A stretch of 64,000 nucleotides of DNA, from NCBI GenBank assembly GCA_964016885.1, contig OZ024741.1, positions 130,324,001-130,388,000 on the forward strand, written 5' to 3'. The notes beneath the pieces were generated by a model. The model made no database searches and was not told the origin of the DNA. It was given only the letters and a program-made list of their open reading frames with translations. Within the stretch, counting starts at the first letter, position 1. Each line of letters begins with the position of its first letter. The translations under genes and the position numbers were made by a program. This DNA comes from Eledone cirrhosa (Eukaryota). Below are positions 1 through 22,100 of this stretch, piece after piece.

Positions 1-1200
1 GACCTTCACTGCCACACAACACTACACCACATACAACAGACCCTCACTGCCACACAACACTACACCACATACAAGAGGCCTTCACTGCCACACAACACTA
101 CACCCCATACAACAGGCCTTCACTGCCACACAACACTACACCACATACAACAGGCCTTCACTGCCATACAACACTACACCACATACAACAGACCTTCACT
201 GCCACACAACACTACACCACATACAACAGACCCTCACTGCCACACAACACTACACCACATACAACGGCCTTCACTGCCACACAACACTACACCACATACA
301 ACAGGCCTTCACTGCCACACAACACTACACCACATACAACAGGCCTTCACTGCCACACAACACTACACCACATACAACAGGCCTTCACTGCCACACAACA
401 CTACACCACATACAACAGGCCTTCACTGCCACACAACACTACACCACATACAACAGGCCTTCACTGCCACACAACACTACACCACATACAACAGGCCTTC
501 ACTGCCACACAACACTACACCACATACAACAGGCCTTCACTGCCACACAACACTACACCACATACAACAGGCCTTCACTGCCACACAACACTACACCACA
601 TACAACAGGCCTTCACTGCCACACAACACTACACCACATACAACAGGCCTTCACTGCCACACAACACTACACCACATACAACAGGCCTTCACTGCCACAC
701 AACACTACACCACATACAACAGACCCTCACTGCCACACAACACTACACCACATACAACGGCCTTCACTGCCACACAACACTACACCACATACAACAGGCC
801 TTCACTGCCACACAACACTACACCACATACAACAGGCCTTCACTGCCACACGACACTACACCACATACAAGAGGCCTTCACTGCCATACAATACTACACC
901 ACATACAACAGGCCTTCACTGCCGCACAACACTACACCACAGAAAACAACCCCTCACTGCCACACAACACTACACCACATACAACAGACCCTCACTGCCA
1001 CACAAAACTACACCACATACAACAGGCCTTCACTGCCATACAACACTACACCACATACCACAGGCCTTCACTGCCACATAACACTACACCACATACAACA
1101 GGCCTTCACTGCCACACAACACTACACCATACACATAATAGACTTCACTACAACACAATACTACACCACATATAAAAAGCCATCACTGTCATACAACACT
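1..1200. repeat. 38-bp minisatellite (GCCTTCACTGCCACACAACACTACACCACATACAACAG), about 30 copies, truncated by the window start
   Basis: Unit recurs with period 38 (e.g. 305, 343) and degenerates after about 1130. Confidence 0.95.
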
Positions 1201-1739
1201 ATTCCACACATGCCATTGCTACCACACCACATATATGCCCAACTACAACACAGCAAAACAGCTCACACAATAAACCCTCACTACCATCCAACACTACCAC
1301 CATGTCCTCACACCACACCACCCTACGCCATGCATAATAAACCCTCACTACAACACAACACTACACCACACACTACAGCCCTACACGACCACACAACACT
1401 ACAACAATGTCCTCACCACCACACCCCTTTATACCATGTACAACATGCCAAAAGGTAACACCACTGGGTTGCTCCCATGTAGGCTGCAGACAACATACGT
1501 ACTTTTTGGGGGTTCTCTCTCATGTATGTGTGTGTGCATTTGTCTGTATATCTGTGTGTGTTTGTGTGTATGTTTGTGTATGTATGTGTATATATATATG
1601 TATGTTTGTGTATGTATGTGTGTATGTATGTGTGTTTCTTGTCGAGCAGAGAGCCAACAGAGCGTGAGTGGGTCAATAAGGAAGGTAACATCATGGCACT
1701 CCGCAACCCACGGCAGTTTTACAGCAAACATAGCAAAAA

Positions 1740-1976
1740 TAAAAACAACAGCAACAGCAATACCACCAGCAACAACAACAGCAACAACAACAACAGGAAC
1801 AACAACAACAATAATAATATCAACAATAACAACAACAGTAAGATCAATGAGAATTACATCAACATGAACGACAATATCAGAAACAAACTACTACTAATAA
1901 TAATAATAATAATACAACAACTACTACTACTACTACCACTACTACTACTATTATTGACACTACTAATACAACAACA

Positions 1977-2007
<31 letters not shown>

Positions 2008-2309
2008 ACACTACTAATACAACAACAACTACTACTACTACTACTACTATTAACACTACTAATGCAACAACAACTACTACTACTACTACTACTACTACTA
2101 ACACTACTAATACAACAACAACAACTACTACTACTACTACTACTATTAACACTACTAATACAACAACAACTACTACTACTACTACTACTAACACTACTAA
2201 TACAACAACAACAACAACTACTACTACTACTACTACTACTACTATTAACACTACTAATGCAACAACTACTACTACTACTACTACTACTAATATTAACACT
2301 ACTAATGCA

Positions 2310-2344
<35 letters not shown>

Positions 2345-2345
2345 A
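1740..2345. repeat. Compound (AAC)n/(ACT)n trinucleotide array with a loose higher-order unit TAACACTACTAATAC(AAC)n(ACT)n
   Basis: Read directly; source of the poly-L/Q, poly-S and poly-V ORFs. Confidence 0.9.
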
Positions 2346-2669
2346 GACATTGAAACAATCTAAAGGCATCCAGACATAACAACCCACCACAAATAGGAAC
2401 CCCCCCTCCTATATACATCATAACGACCCACCCTCCCTTCACATAGGCAGGGTGCCTGCCCCCCACACAGAGATAGCACAGCTCAAAACACACACACACA
2501 CACATACATACAGACAGAGTACCCTCCACACATACATACACACGGCCTGAGACATAATACCCACACCCCACCAATACATACACAGACAGAGAACCCACCC
2601 CACAACTAAACATGTACATACCACGCCGTCTGCCACGATTTGGGAACAATAAACCCCTTCACACAAGTG

Positions 2670-4060
2670 CACGCCACTACCACCACCACCACTACCACCA
2701 CCGCTACCACCACTACCGCCACTACCACCACTACCACCACCACTACCCACCACCACCACTATCACTACCACCATTACCACCACCACTACCGCCACTACCA
2801 CCACTACCACCCACCACCACTACCACCACCACTACCCACCACCACCGCTATCACTACCACCACCACTACCACCACTACCGCCACTACCACCACTACCACT
2901 ACCACCACCACTACCACCACCACTACCCACCACCGCCACTATCACTACCACCACCACTACCACCTCTACCGCCACTACCACCACTATCACTACCACCACC
3001 ACTACCGCCACTACCACCACTACCACTACCACCACCACTACCACCACCACTACTACCACCGCTACCCACCACGGCCACTATCACTACCACCACTACCACC
3101 ACTACCACCACTATCACTACCACCACCACTACCGCCACTACCACCACTACCGACACTACCACCACTACCACTACTACCACCGCTACCCACCACGGCCACT
3201 ATCACTACCACCACTACCACCACCACTACCACCCACCACCACTACCACCACCACTACCACCACCACTACTACCCACTCCACCACTATCACTACCACCACT
3301 ACCACCACCACTACCGCCACTACCACCACTACCATCACCACTACCATCAACACTACCCACCACCACCATTACCACCACCACTACCGCCACTACCACCACT
3401 ACCACCCACCACCACTACCACCACCACTACCACCACTACTACCCACTCCACCACTATCACTACCACCACTACCACCACCACCACTACCACCACCACTACC
3501 GCCACTACCACCACTACCACCCACCACCACTACCACCACCACTACCACCACTACTACCCACTCCACCACTATCACTACCACCACTACCACCACCACCACT
3601 ACCACCACCACTACCGCCACTACCACCACTACCACCCACCACCACTACCACCACCACTACCACCACTACTACCCACTCCACCACTATCACTACCACCACT
3701 ACCACCACCACTACCACCACCACTACCGCCACTACCACCACTACCACCCACCACCACTACCACCACCACTACCACCACTACTACCCACTCCACCACTATC
3801 ACTACCACCACTACCACCACCACTACCACCACCACTACCGCCACTACCACCACTACCACCCACCACCACTACCACCACCACTATATACAAAACCAACACC
3901 ACCACATTTACCGCTACCACCAACACCTCCACCAACTCTATTGCCTTCATCACTACCTCAACATCATCACCACAATCACCACACACACCACCCATACCAC
4001 CACCCATACCACCACCCATACCACCACCACCACCACCACCACATTTACTACCACTATCAC
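2670..4060. repeat. (CCA/CTA)n low-complexity array with a 112-115 bp higher-order unit at about 3290-3880
   Basis: The marker CTACTACCCACTCCACCACTATCAC recurs; the ORF track shows repeated peptides offset by 112-115 nt. Confidence 0.9.
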
Positions 4061-4186
4061 GTCTAACCTTTGTTATCACAAATATACGCACCACCACTGA
4101 ACGTATATACCCCAGACGTTTACCCAACCCATCCACACACCTAGTGTATGTTTGTATATACATAATCAAACACACATAAACATACA

Positions 4187-10255
<6,069 letters not shown>

Positions 10256-10530
10256 GTCATGTCCACCAGTTGGTGCTACTGGTAACATGTATCCAGTACA
10301 ACCTGTCTCATGGTCGGGTCGTTGGCGACTAAACTGGCAACCCCACCAAGGTTTCTTGGTGAGGAGGGTGACTTTGGACATCCTGCAGGACTAAAAACAA
10401 AACCTGTCAAAGGGCAAAGGAGCTCTTAAGAGTCAATGGCCATCCAAAATCACCGGGAGAGATGACCCCTTAGCCTTTGTCAAGGCAGAATTCTAGGAGA
10501 CGGAAAACTCTGATATAACACCTGCAACCC
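10256..10530 (+). mobile_element. Probable 5' UTR fragment of an RTE-type LINE inside the TA array
   Basis: GGCGACTAAACTGGCAACCCCACC...TGGTGAGGAGGGT resembles RTE 5' regions (recalled similarity; no ORF support). Confidence 0.35.
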
Positions 10531-10860
10531 TGATGGTATCCAATGATGTTGACTTGTTCTTCTTTTTGGTACATATCATCTTGTTTAAGAGAGTGGGACT
10601 GGCTTTGTGCAGTGCCTTTGCTCACTATAAAAGCTTCACGGCACAGGCATTGCTTTATATCTGGAGATCTCTCTGCACTTGTCGTCAGATGGTACCATGG
10701 GCCAAGCACTATGTGTCAATAATTGTCAAAAGTGTAGTGTTTGTACCAGAGTTTTCAAATCGCTGGCTGACTAAAAGTCACACTCGTTCAGCGCATCCGT
10801 AGGGGTTCTCCTACATGGATATAAAGTAGTGCCGTACTCGAAAACGAGTTGGCAGCCACC

Positions 10861-12390
<1,530 letters not shown>

Positions 12391-13294
12391 TAAAATAAAT
12401 ATATTAAACTAAGCTAAACCCATTGGTGGGATACAAGCAAAATGGGCTAAAAACAAGACGGCTTTAACGCCAACCATGGTTTCTGGAGCTCAAGATACAA
12501 CATCAGCAATTCCAAGACATTGGAATAACCAATATTGGAAGAATTGAAGTTCCTTCGTCAGGAAGTGAATCCTTCTCAGAAATAAGGGGACAAGTTAAAA
12601 ATATATCATACATACCATTTCGTTGCTACATCGTATGGTGAACAAGGTGTTGTAACGCTAATATTTCCTACTTAATGTACTAGGACAATATAACGGGCTT
12701 ATATTGACGCTGGAAACACCAGCCAAGACAGTGTATATCAGCTCAACAATGATGGAGCAGTTAGGGAGCAGTTAGTATCTCCTATACGTAAAAATCTTAA
12801 TGAGAGGATAAGATATATTAATCAATTATCCACTCAGAGAAATATTAAAATACATTAAACTTAAGCCAAAATCTCATTTTGCGGGGATACAAGCCAAATC
12901 AGCTAAAAATGTCGGGTAATTTTCCTTCTTATTGTTCCGGTTTACTTTGGTGTTTACTATTCAACCAGGTAATTTTTAATTTTTTAATTAAAGAGTCTAT
13001 AACACTTCCGTCTGGTATATTGGCACTCACGATATATAGTGTTGATAAATGCTTCTTTTTCTGATGGTATAGTTATGTATTTTACCTCCCGTAGCAATAT
13101 ACGTTTGGGGTTTCCTTGCTTACTTACAGCCTACCAAACTATATCCAGGCACTGCAACCCCCACATCACCAACATGAGTGAAATAATACCACAGGTACAT
13201 GAGGAGAAAGAGAAAATCCTTACCGCTCATATGGTAATGTGTTCTGACATACTTAGACCAAGGAAACGTACAGCCAACAATTTTCAATCCTCTA

Positions 13295-13432
13295 ATAATT
13301 GGTTCTACATTTGGCACAAGGCCAGCAATTATCCAGTACATTACTGGTAATTTATTTTATCGACCCCGTAAGGATGAAAGGCAAAGTCAACCTCGGCAGG
13401 ATTTGAACTCAGATCAGAAAGGGGCGTAACTC
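13295..13432 (-). mobile_element. tRNA-derived SINE (family A), 5'-truncated
   Basis: Matches the other copies: TTTATCGACCCCGTAAGGATGAAAGGCAAAGTCAACCTCGGC.GGATTTGAACTCAG. Confidence 0.85.
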
Positions 13433-13639
13433 TGTGCTGTAGGGACCACCAAACAAACAAGGATCCTGTGACAGGATCACCAACAAGACCTGTCTGCTGC
13501 TGAAACAATGTCAGCAACTACAGGATGTCCTACTTCCTCCCTATGATCATACGCCCCATTATCAAAATGTCGCCAGACGTGTGTGACAGCACGGAGGACC
13601 TCCCCAGTAGAATCAACACATGCAACCGCACGTACGACT

Positions 13640-14460
13640 TGAAAATTACATAAGGAGCATTGATGTAATATCCTTATACCCATCTATAGACGTTGATTTT
13701 GCTGTGGAGAAATGCTTGGAGATGATCAGCCAGAACAATGTGCAATTCCGAAGAGTTGACACCGAAGAACTGGGCTTCCTCCACATACTTGCTTGTGACG
13801 GAATATCTAAGAAAATACTACCTTAGTTGCTTCTGCTCCAATAAACCTGTAAAACGTAGACCACTCACCATCACCTTAACGGCCAATGTAAAGATGCATA
13901 GGGTGGACCAGAGCCATACGGATCCCCGGAAACCAAGACCAGGTGAGAAAAATAATCGCACGTGAGGTGGGAGCAAGTACTAAAACTACTCTACAGGGCC
14001 ATATGTTTAAATTCAATAATAAAATATATGACCAAGAAGAGGGAGCGGCCATCGGCATCAGCGTCGCTGATGATGTGGCCGATCTGTTCATGGCGTGGTG
14101 GGACAGGAAATTCAAGGAACGCTTAATTGAAAACTCCATAGTCATATCCATGTACTCTTGTTATGTTAACGATATCAATATAATGTTTAAAACTACACCA
14201 CAGGAGAGTACCCATGAACCAGAACTAGATGTTAGCACCACGGAAAGCATCCAGCATATAGCTAACTCCATTCACTAGAGCATTAAATTAACAATAGACC
14301 ACCCCAATAAGCACCTCAACCATAGATTATCCGTGTTAGACACTGAACTCTGGATGGAAACTAAGAACAGTAAAACCCAAATACTTCACTCAAATGACAC
14401 CAAACACATGGCCTCTAAGTACTTGCTCCACCAGAATTCAGCTATGTCAAACACTCTTCT
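13640..14460 (+). pseudogene. Penelope-like element reverse transcriptase fragment, frameshifted
   Basis: PLE RT motifs in order: SIDVISLYPSID; FKFNNKIYDQEEGAAIG-SVADDVADLFM; YVNDI (for YVDDI); KLTIDHP...LSVLDTELW; YLLHQNSA. Confidence 0.85.
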
Positions 14461-15272
14461 TAGAATATTTTACAAGACTAAAACAAATACGAAGTCACAT
14501 GCAGAGTGGAAAATGCTAGCTGGTGTGTATGTGTGAGTGTTTGAATGTGTGTGTGTGTATGTGTATGTATGCACATACCCCCCCCCCCCCCCCCACACAC
14601 ACATATGTGCACATACATACATGATGGCTGACCCCTCGTTATCGAATATGGACATTGCACAATATAACATTATTGATAATTATTAATTAATTTTATCGTG
14701 AAGAATTTTTTATAGTAGGAAAGACTGCACTGGGCCAATGTCACTCTCTGAGCGACAGTATCTATAACCCGAAAACATACAATCATACATACATACATTC
14801 ATACACAAGTGAGAATATCATGGGGGAACCACTCAGAGTGACTCTTCTATCCCTCTAGTGAATAAGGTGTGTTTGAGAGCCGTACAGTCTCTCCTTATAT
14901 ACCATGCTACAGAAAACTGTCCAAAGAAAACCAAAGAACATTGTCAAACGTGAACGGACCGATATATGATGTAGAGCATGGAGTGCTTTTATAATTATGA
15001 TGAATCGGTTTCTTTTTTATGTATTTTATTATTGCTGTTTTTTGTTGTTGTTGCTGTTGTTGGTTAAAACAGGTTTAAAATTTAGGAAATAACTAACGAC
15101 GCGTATTTTCACTGGGCACTCCATGACATCTTTCACCTTCAGCTTCCAGAATTTCTTTCCCTCGCACCATTGCAGCCTGTGTCTTCCTAATGCACTCGTT
15201 AACATCTTCGTTTTGGGACGAACAGTGAATCGACATCCATTGGGGGAGTGCATTGCTAGTAGTTGGTGTAGA

Positions 15273-15650
15273 TTCTTCTTCTTCTTCTTCTTCTTCTTCC
15301 ACTTATATGTTGGAGGAGCGTACGGGCAGAGTCCACAATCAATATTTCCAGCGGCTTCTGTCAGAAGGTAACTATCTCCAATTGATCCGGCTCGATCCCT
15401 AAGCGAGACCAGCCAAGCTCATGGATGTTTTCCAGCCATCTTACTCGGGGTTTTACCCTTGGGTCTCCTGTCGGTTCGTTTTTCATAGTAAAATCTGTCT
15501 GGCGATTCTTTCCTTAGACATTTTAACCACGGGCCTGAAGTATCGGAGCTTGGATCTTTCAATTCGGAAAAGTAGCTGCTCTACCTGAATCGAATTTCTG
15601 ATCTCCGAGCTACGCACTCTATCGAATAAAGTTACTACAAAGATCCTTTG
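15273..15650 (-). mobile_element. 3' end of an RTE-clade LINE with a (GAA)n tail
   Basis: Minus strand reads DRVRSSEIRNSIQVEQLLFRIERSKLRYF..., then a PKGK/PRVRWLENI-like segment across frameshifts, typical of the RTE C-terminus, ending in (GAA)n at 15273-15300. Confidence 0.75.
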
Positions 15651-16009
15651 GTTTTTACTGACATGCTATAATTAAGGATTCTTGATGTTCATCTGTTAAT
15701 CCTCCCCACAAAAAAACACAATATTTCTTCTGTCCCTGTTTTTTTTTTGTTGTTTTATTTTTGCTGCTTTAGTAATTTGATTTGCCTCTTTTTCATCTTT
15801 CATGGAACCGTGACTTTTATCCACTGTGGGAATTGGGCGCTGTCTGTAAACGACATGCCTCATCTAACTTGTCTTTTATCTAGGCTTAATTATTATTTGG
15901 CCCTACTATATCTTACTATTCTTTCTGTCTATTTTCAGTTTTTTCTTACAGAGATACTTCCTTTTCATTTCCACAAGACGTTCTAATGTCTAAAGTCTGT
16001 CGTGAGCCC

Positions 16010-16268
16010 GGAAGCTCCTCGGGTCAATGGTTATCCCGGTTTCCGTGGCGTGAACTGACTGAGAGTACAAGAACCATAACTGGACAGGACCCAAGTCCTT
16101 CGCAGGGTTAAACTCCTAGCTATTGCTCGTACTCATTTGCAACGGAGTAGGCTGGAACAACGTGTAATTAATTGTTTATCTCAAGAACACAACTCACAAC
16201 CAAGTCAAAAAATCGAACCCATGACATTATGATCGTAAGTCCAACACCCTTATCACTTGGCGACATGA
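16010..16268 (-). mobile_element. Old tRNA-derived SINE (family B)
   Basis: Reverse-strand tRNA-like head (B-box-like GGTTCGATT near 16212-16221) followed by a conserved-domain-like segment (plus strand GTACTCATTTGCAAC...CTCAAGAACACAAC). Confidence 0.6.
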
Positions 16269-18279
16269 CGTTGGGTTGGAATTAATGCTCGAAGCTTCTG
16301 GTCAATCCTATCCTGAAGGAAATCTGGGAAGAGATACCAAAACTACTCGTTACCCTACCTCCTCGTGTTTATCATGCAGAATAAAAGTCAACAATGTTTC
16401 TGCTTCATTTTCTGCTCTAACCACGTTCGGGGCGATGACCGATGGTATTGAGACAACAGTGGCAAGAACAGCATCCATGATCTCTTCCACTTCCGTTGGT
16501 ATTTCTATTTGTCTCTAGCCAACTCTTTTTTTTTTTTTTAACTTTTCACTTTTTAGACAGACGGTTCTGAAATTGGTCTTACTACATCCAGAAATAAATA
16601 CAAAAAAATTAGCTCAGTATTTTCCTGTGTCTGCATGTATGTGTGTAAGTAGTGACCAATAGTAAAAGCATGAAACAATCTAGGAAAGGATGTCAGGCAT
16701 GCCCATCCTACCTTCTCCCTCTTTCCGAACTCCAGGCGCGAGCCGTCTAATGGTCTTAGCGGAAAGAGTCATTCCAGATCGCAGCACTCACGCCTGCGAG
16801 TGACTAACTCCATCCCGATAACATGCTGTTTAAAACTACCAGTCTTATTGACTTTCTTTTCGTTCCAATCATTAATAATCTTGTAGATGAATTAATTTTA
16901 TTTTACAAAGCTGTTTATACAGAAACAAAACACACTATTAGAGGGAACAAGAGAGGGAGAGAGAGAGAGAGAGGGGGGGGGGGAATGAAACAAAGAAAAG
17001 AAAAAAAGGTATTTAGCAGCAAAAGAAAGGGTGGGGACAGATTGTACATCCCAGTGTGAGCGGTGCTTTAGTCTCGCCTCACAGAGAAAATGGCAAAGGC
17101 TTTACCGCGGAGAATAGCCAAAGACACCCGCTGCAACATCACCCTACCTCAGAGGGCTCCTTCCTCAAGCGGGTCACCATCTTTCCGATTTTATGGACAC
17201 TGGTACATAGAGAAAGCGGATGGTTAGGCCCCAGTATTTAACAATCTTCCACTTCTCATTTCTTGGGACAGCAGAGCCATGGTTTGTGCGTAAAGTGACA
17301 AGGCTGCGGTGCATGGGGTTTATTAATAACTGGAAGTCTATTCAAGCGCTTCCTCAACACATGTTGTGAGTTAATTTTAACTTCAATACCTGCTCGCTCT
17401 GTACTGCAAAGTAGACGACAAACTTAAGATCCACATCGGCACCAATATCTCTATATATAATCCATAACATTTTGAAAGTTGACGGTGGGACTAGTCTATT
17501 AGCAGGCGTGTAGAACTGTGCCCTTCATGCTTTCTCGCATTCTCATAAATTGTAAAAAATCACACGCTTCCATATACCCTGTCTCGTTCGAATTTGCATT
17601 CATCCATCTACACATCAACCCGAGCTCCCTCCAACTATTTTTATTTCTATTAGTGCAGATGAAAATGGTCATTATTGCGAAACAGAGGTATGTTGTTTTT
17701 CTCTTTGTCTTCTGTTAGATAAAATCTTTAGGCAAGGAGGCACTCTTTATGGTATCACATCTAACTCACGTATTTCTTTTCTAGGAGCTGATTCGTATCT
17801 AGCACTTCCCTATAACCCGCAACGTTAGCAAAAGATGATTTCCTGATGTTGTTGGTGTTCTAGTTGCTGTTTATATTGTTTTTATCATCTAAATTAACGT
17901 TTTCAACGCACATATTTATTTGTTTGTAGTTGTTTTTCTTTTTTGTGAATTTCAATGTGTTACTATAAATGCTTGCACTTGAGACGCTGTCTGTTTAATT
18001 GTCACATTGTCTGTATTCTAAAGTGGTTTTGTATTTGAAAAAATTAAGAGTATGGGGGGGCATAGAGATTTATTTGTCATTGAGATTGCTACTGCCATCA
18101 TATTCCCCCACTATACCACTTCCATCACCAATATATTCTACCATTACACCACCACCACCTCCATAACCATTACACTTCACGACTACCACATACAACCACA
18201 ATTACTATAACCAACTCCATAATATACTCTCCCCCACTATCACCACCATCACTAATAACACACCATCCACCTTCACCAA

Positions 18280-18850
18280 CACCACCACCACTACTACCAT
18301 CATCAACATCATTGCTATTACCACCACCAACACCACCACCAACACCAACACCACCACCACCACTACTACCATCATCAACATCATTGCTATTACCACCACC
18401 AACACCACCACCAACACCAACACCACCACCACCACTACTACCATCATCAACATCATTGCTATTACCACCACCAACACCACCACCAACACCAACACCACCA
18501 CCGCTACTACCATCACCAACATCATTACTATTACCACCACCACCAACACCACCACCATTACAACCACCACCACCACCACCACTACTACCATCACCAACAT
18601 CATTACTATTAACACCACCACCGCCACCACCACCATTAACCCCCACTCAAAACCACTAGGAAAACTACAACCAAAACCACCCCCCATTGCCTCCGACGCC
18701 GTAGCCGTCCCCACCGACACCACCACCACCACCACCACCACCACCACCCACACCACCGTTAACCCCCACTCAAAACCACTAGGAAAACTACAAATCCCCC
18801 TCCCCCCCATTGCCTCCGACGCCGTAGCCGTCACCACCGACACCACGACC
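18280..18850. repeat. CCA-rich 63-bp tandem unit (about 4-5 copies) followed by a ~120-bp tandem duplication
   Basis: CATCATCAACATCATTGCTATTACC recurs every 63 nt; TTAACCCCCACTCAAAACCACTAGGAAAACTACAA occurs twice (about 18636 and 18759). Confidence 0.85.
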
Positions 18851-19189
18851 ATCATCATCATCAGCAGCAGTAGCAACAGGAGCAGCAACAACAACAACAA
18901 CACGGTAGACCCTGCTATCATATTAACATCCTAAAGATATGACCCAAAAAAACAAGTCGAGTTGACTGATGGTGTGTGGTGGTGAGGGTGATGGTGGTGG
19001 TAGGTAACGAAGGTAGTGGGGGGTGTTGCGCTGATGATGATGTTGTTGGTCGTAGTAGTAGTAGTGGCGATGGTGGTGGTGAAACTAAAGGTGTTGCTGC
19101 TGCTGTTGTTGTTGCTACTGGTGGTGGTGGTAGTGCTGTTGGTGGTAATATTTGTGTTGTTGAGAGTAGTAATGGTAGCGGGGGCAATG

Positions 19190-22100
19190 GTGGTTTTGTT
19201 GTTATTTGTGGTGATGGTGATCGTGATGGTGATGGTGGTGGTTGTGATTGTACTTTTGTTGTTGTTATTTGTGGTGATGGTGATCGTGATGGTGATGGTG
19301 GTGGTTGTGATTGTAGTTTTGTTGTTATTTGTGATGGTGGTGGCTGTGATTGTAGTTTTGTTGTTATTTGTGATGGTGGCTGTGATTGTAGTTTTGTTGT
19401 TATTTGTGATGGTGGTGGTGGTTGTGATTGTAGTTTTGTTGTTATTTGTGATGGTGGTGGTGGTGGTTGTGATTGTAGTTTTGTTGTTATTTGTGATGGT
19501 GGTGGTGGTTGTGATTGTAGTTTTGTTGTTATTTGTGATGGTGGTGGTGGTTGTGATTGTAGTTTTGTTGTTATTTGTGATGGTGGTGGCTGTGATTGTA
19601 GTTTTGTTGTTAGTTGTGATGGTGGTGGTGGTGGTTGTGATTGTAGTTTTGTTGTTATTTGTGATGGTGGTGGTTGTGATTGTAGTTTCGTTGTTATTTG
19701 TGATGGTGGTGGTTGTGATTGTAGTTTTGTTGTTATTTGTGATGGTGGTGGTGGTTGTGATTGTAGTTTTGTTGTTATTTGTGATGGTGGTGGTTGTGAT
19801 TGTAGTTTTGTTGTTATTCGTGATGGTGGTGGTGGTTGTGATTGTAGTTTTGTTGTTATTTGTGATGGTGGTGGTGGTGGTTGTGATTGTAGTTTTGTTG
19901 TTATTTGTGATGGTGGTGGTGGTTGTGATTGTAGTTTTGTTGTTATTTGTGATGGTGGTGGCTGTGATTGTAGTTTTGTTGTTAGTTGTGATAGTGGTGG
20001 TGGTGGTTGTGATTGTAGTTTTGTTGTTATTTGTGATGTTGGTGGTGGTGGTTGTGATTGTAGTTTTGTTGTTATTTGTGATGGTGGTGGTGGTTGTGAT
20101 TGTAGTTTTGTTGTTATTTGTGATGGTGGTGGCTGTGATTGTAGTTTTGTTGTTATTTGTGATGGTGGTGGCTGTGATTGTAGTTTTGTTGTTATTTGTG
20201 ATGGTGGTGGTGGTTGTGATTGTAGTTTTGTTGTTATTTGTGATGGTGGTGGTGGTGGTTGTGATTGTAGTTTTGTTGTTATTTGTGATGGTGGTGGTGG
20301 TTGTGATTGTAGTTTTGTTGTTATTTGTGATTGTGGTGGTGGTGGTTGTGATTGTAGTTTTGTTGTTATTTGTGATGGTGGTGGTGGTTGTGATTGTAGT
20401 TTTGTTGTTATTTGTGATGGTGGTGGCTGTGATTGTAGTTTTGTTGTTATTTGTGATGGTGGTGGTTGTGATTGTAGTTTTGTTGTTATTTGTGATGTTG
20501 GTGGTGGTGGTTGTGATTGTAGTTTTGTTGTTATTTGTGATGGTGGTGGTGGTTGTGATTGTAGTTTTGTTGTTATTTGTGATGGTGGTGGCTGTGATTG
20601 TAGTTTTGTTGTTATTTGTGATGGTGGTGGCTGTGATTGTAGTTTTGTTGTTATTTGTGATGGTGGTGGTGGTTGTGATTGTAGTTTTGTTGTTATTTGT
20701 GATGGTGGTGGTGGTGGTTGTGATTGTAGTTTTGTTGTTATTTGTGATGGTGGTGGTGGTTGTGATTGTAGTTTTGTTGTTATTTGTGATTGTGGTGGTG
20801 GTGGTTGTGATTGTAGTTTTGTTGTTATTTGTGATGGTGGTGGTGGTTGTGATTGTAGTTTTGTTGTTATTTGTGATGGTGGTGGTGGTTGTGATTGTAG
20901 TTTTGTTGTTATTTGTGATGGTGGTGGTGGTTGTGATTGTAGTTTTGTTGTTATTTGTGATGGTGGTGGTTGTGATTGTAGTTTTGTTGTTATTTGTGAT
21001 GGTGGCTGTGATTGTAGTTTTGTTGTTATTTGTGATGGTGGTGGTGGTTGTGATTGTAGTTTTGTTGTTATTTGTGATGGTGGTGGTGGTGGTTGTGATT
21101 GTAGTTTTGTTGTTATTTGTGATGGTGGTGGTGGTTGTGATTGTAGTTTTGTTGTTATTTGTGATGGTGGTGGTGGTGGTTGTGATTGTAGTTTTGTTGT
21201 TATTTGTGATGGTGGTGGCTGTGATTGTAGTTTTGTTGTTAGTTGTGATGGTGGTGGTGGTTGTGATTGTAGTTTTGTTGTTATTTGTGATGGTGGTGGT
21301 GGCTGTGATTGTAGTTTTGTTGTTATTTGTGATGGTGGTGGTGGTTGTGATTGTAGTTTTGTTGTTATTTGTGATGGTGGTGGTGTTTGTGATTGTAGTT
21401 TTGTTGTTATTTGTGATGGTGGTGGTTGTGATTGTAGTTTTGTTGTTATTTGTGATGGTGGTGGTGGTTGTGATTGTAGTTTTGTTGTTATTTGTGATGG
21501 TGGTGGTTGTGATTGTAGTTTTGTTGTTATTCGTGATGGTGGTGGTGGTTGTGATTGTAGTTTTGTTGTTATTTGTGATGGTGGTGGCTGTGATTGTAGT
21601 TTTGTTGTTATTTGTGATGGTGGTGGTGGCTGTGATTGTAGTTTTGTTGTTAGTTGTGATAGTGGTGGTGGTGGTTGTGATTGTAGTTTTGTTGTTATTT
21701 GTGATGGTGGTGGTGGTGGTTGTGATTGTAGTTTTGTTGTTATTTGTGATGGTGGTGGCTGTGATTGTGGTTTTGTTGTTATTTGTGATGGTGGTGCTGG
21801 CTGTGATTGTAGTTTTGTTGTTATTTGTGATGGTGGTGGTTGTGATTGTAGTTTTGTTGTTATTTGTGATGGTGGTGGTGGTGCTTGTGATTGTAGTTTT
21901 GTTGTTATTTGTGATGGTGGTGGTGGTTATGATTGTAGTTTTGTTGTTATTTGTGATGGTGGTGGTGGCTGTGATTGTAGTTTTGTTGTTATTTGTGATG
22001 GTGGTGGTGGCTGTGATTGTAGTTTTGTTGTTATTTGTGATGGTGGTGGCTGTGATTGTAGTTTTGTTGTTATTTGTGATGGTGGTGGTGGCTGTGATTG

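Noticed and set aside
10530-10860. Possible DNA-transposase fragment in the TA island
   Set aside because: No diagnostic motif recognised in any frame.
16330-16650. Possible exon (minus frame RQIEIPTEVEEIMDAV..., or plus acceptor near 16556)
   Set aside because: No consistent acceptor-donor pair with a recognisable product.
18920-18975. RLVFLGHIFRM, resembling an RTE motif
   Set aside because: Too short to call.
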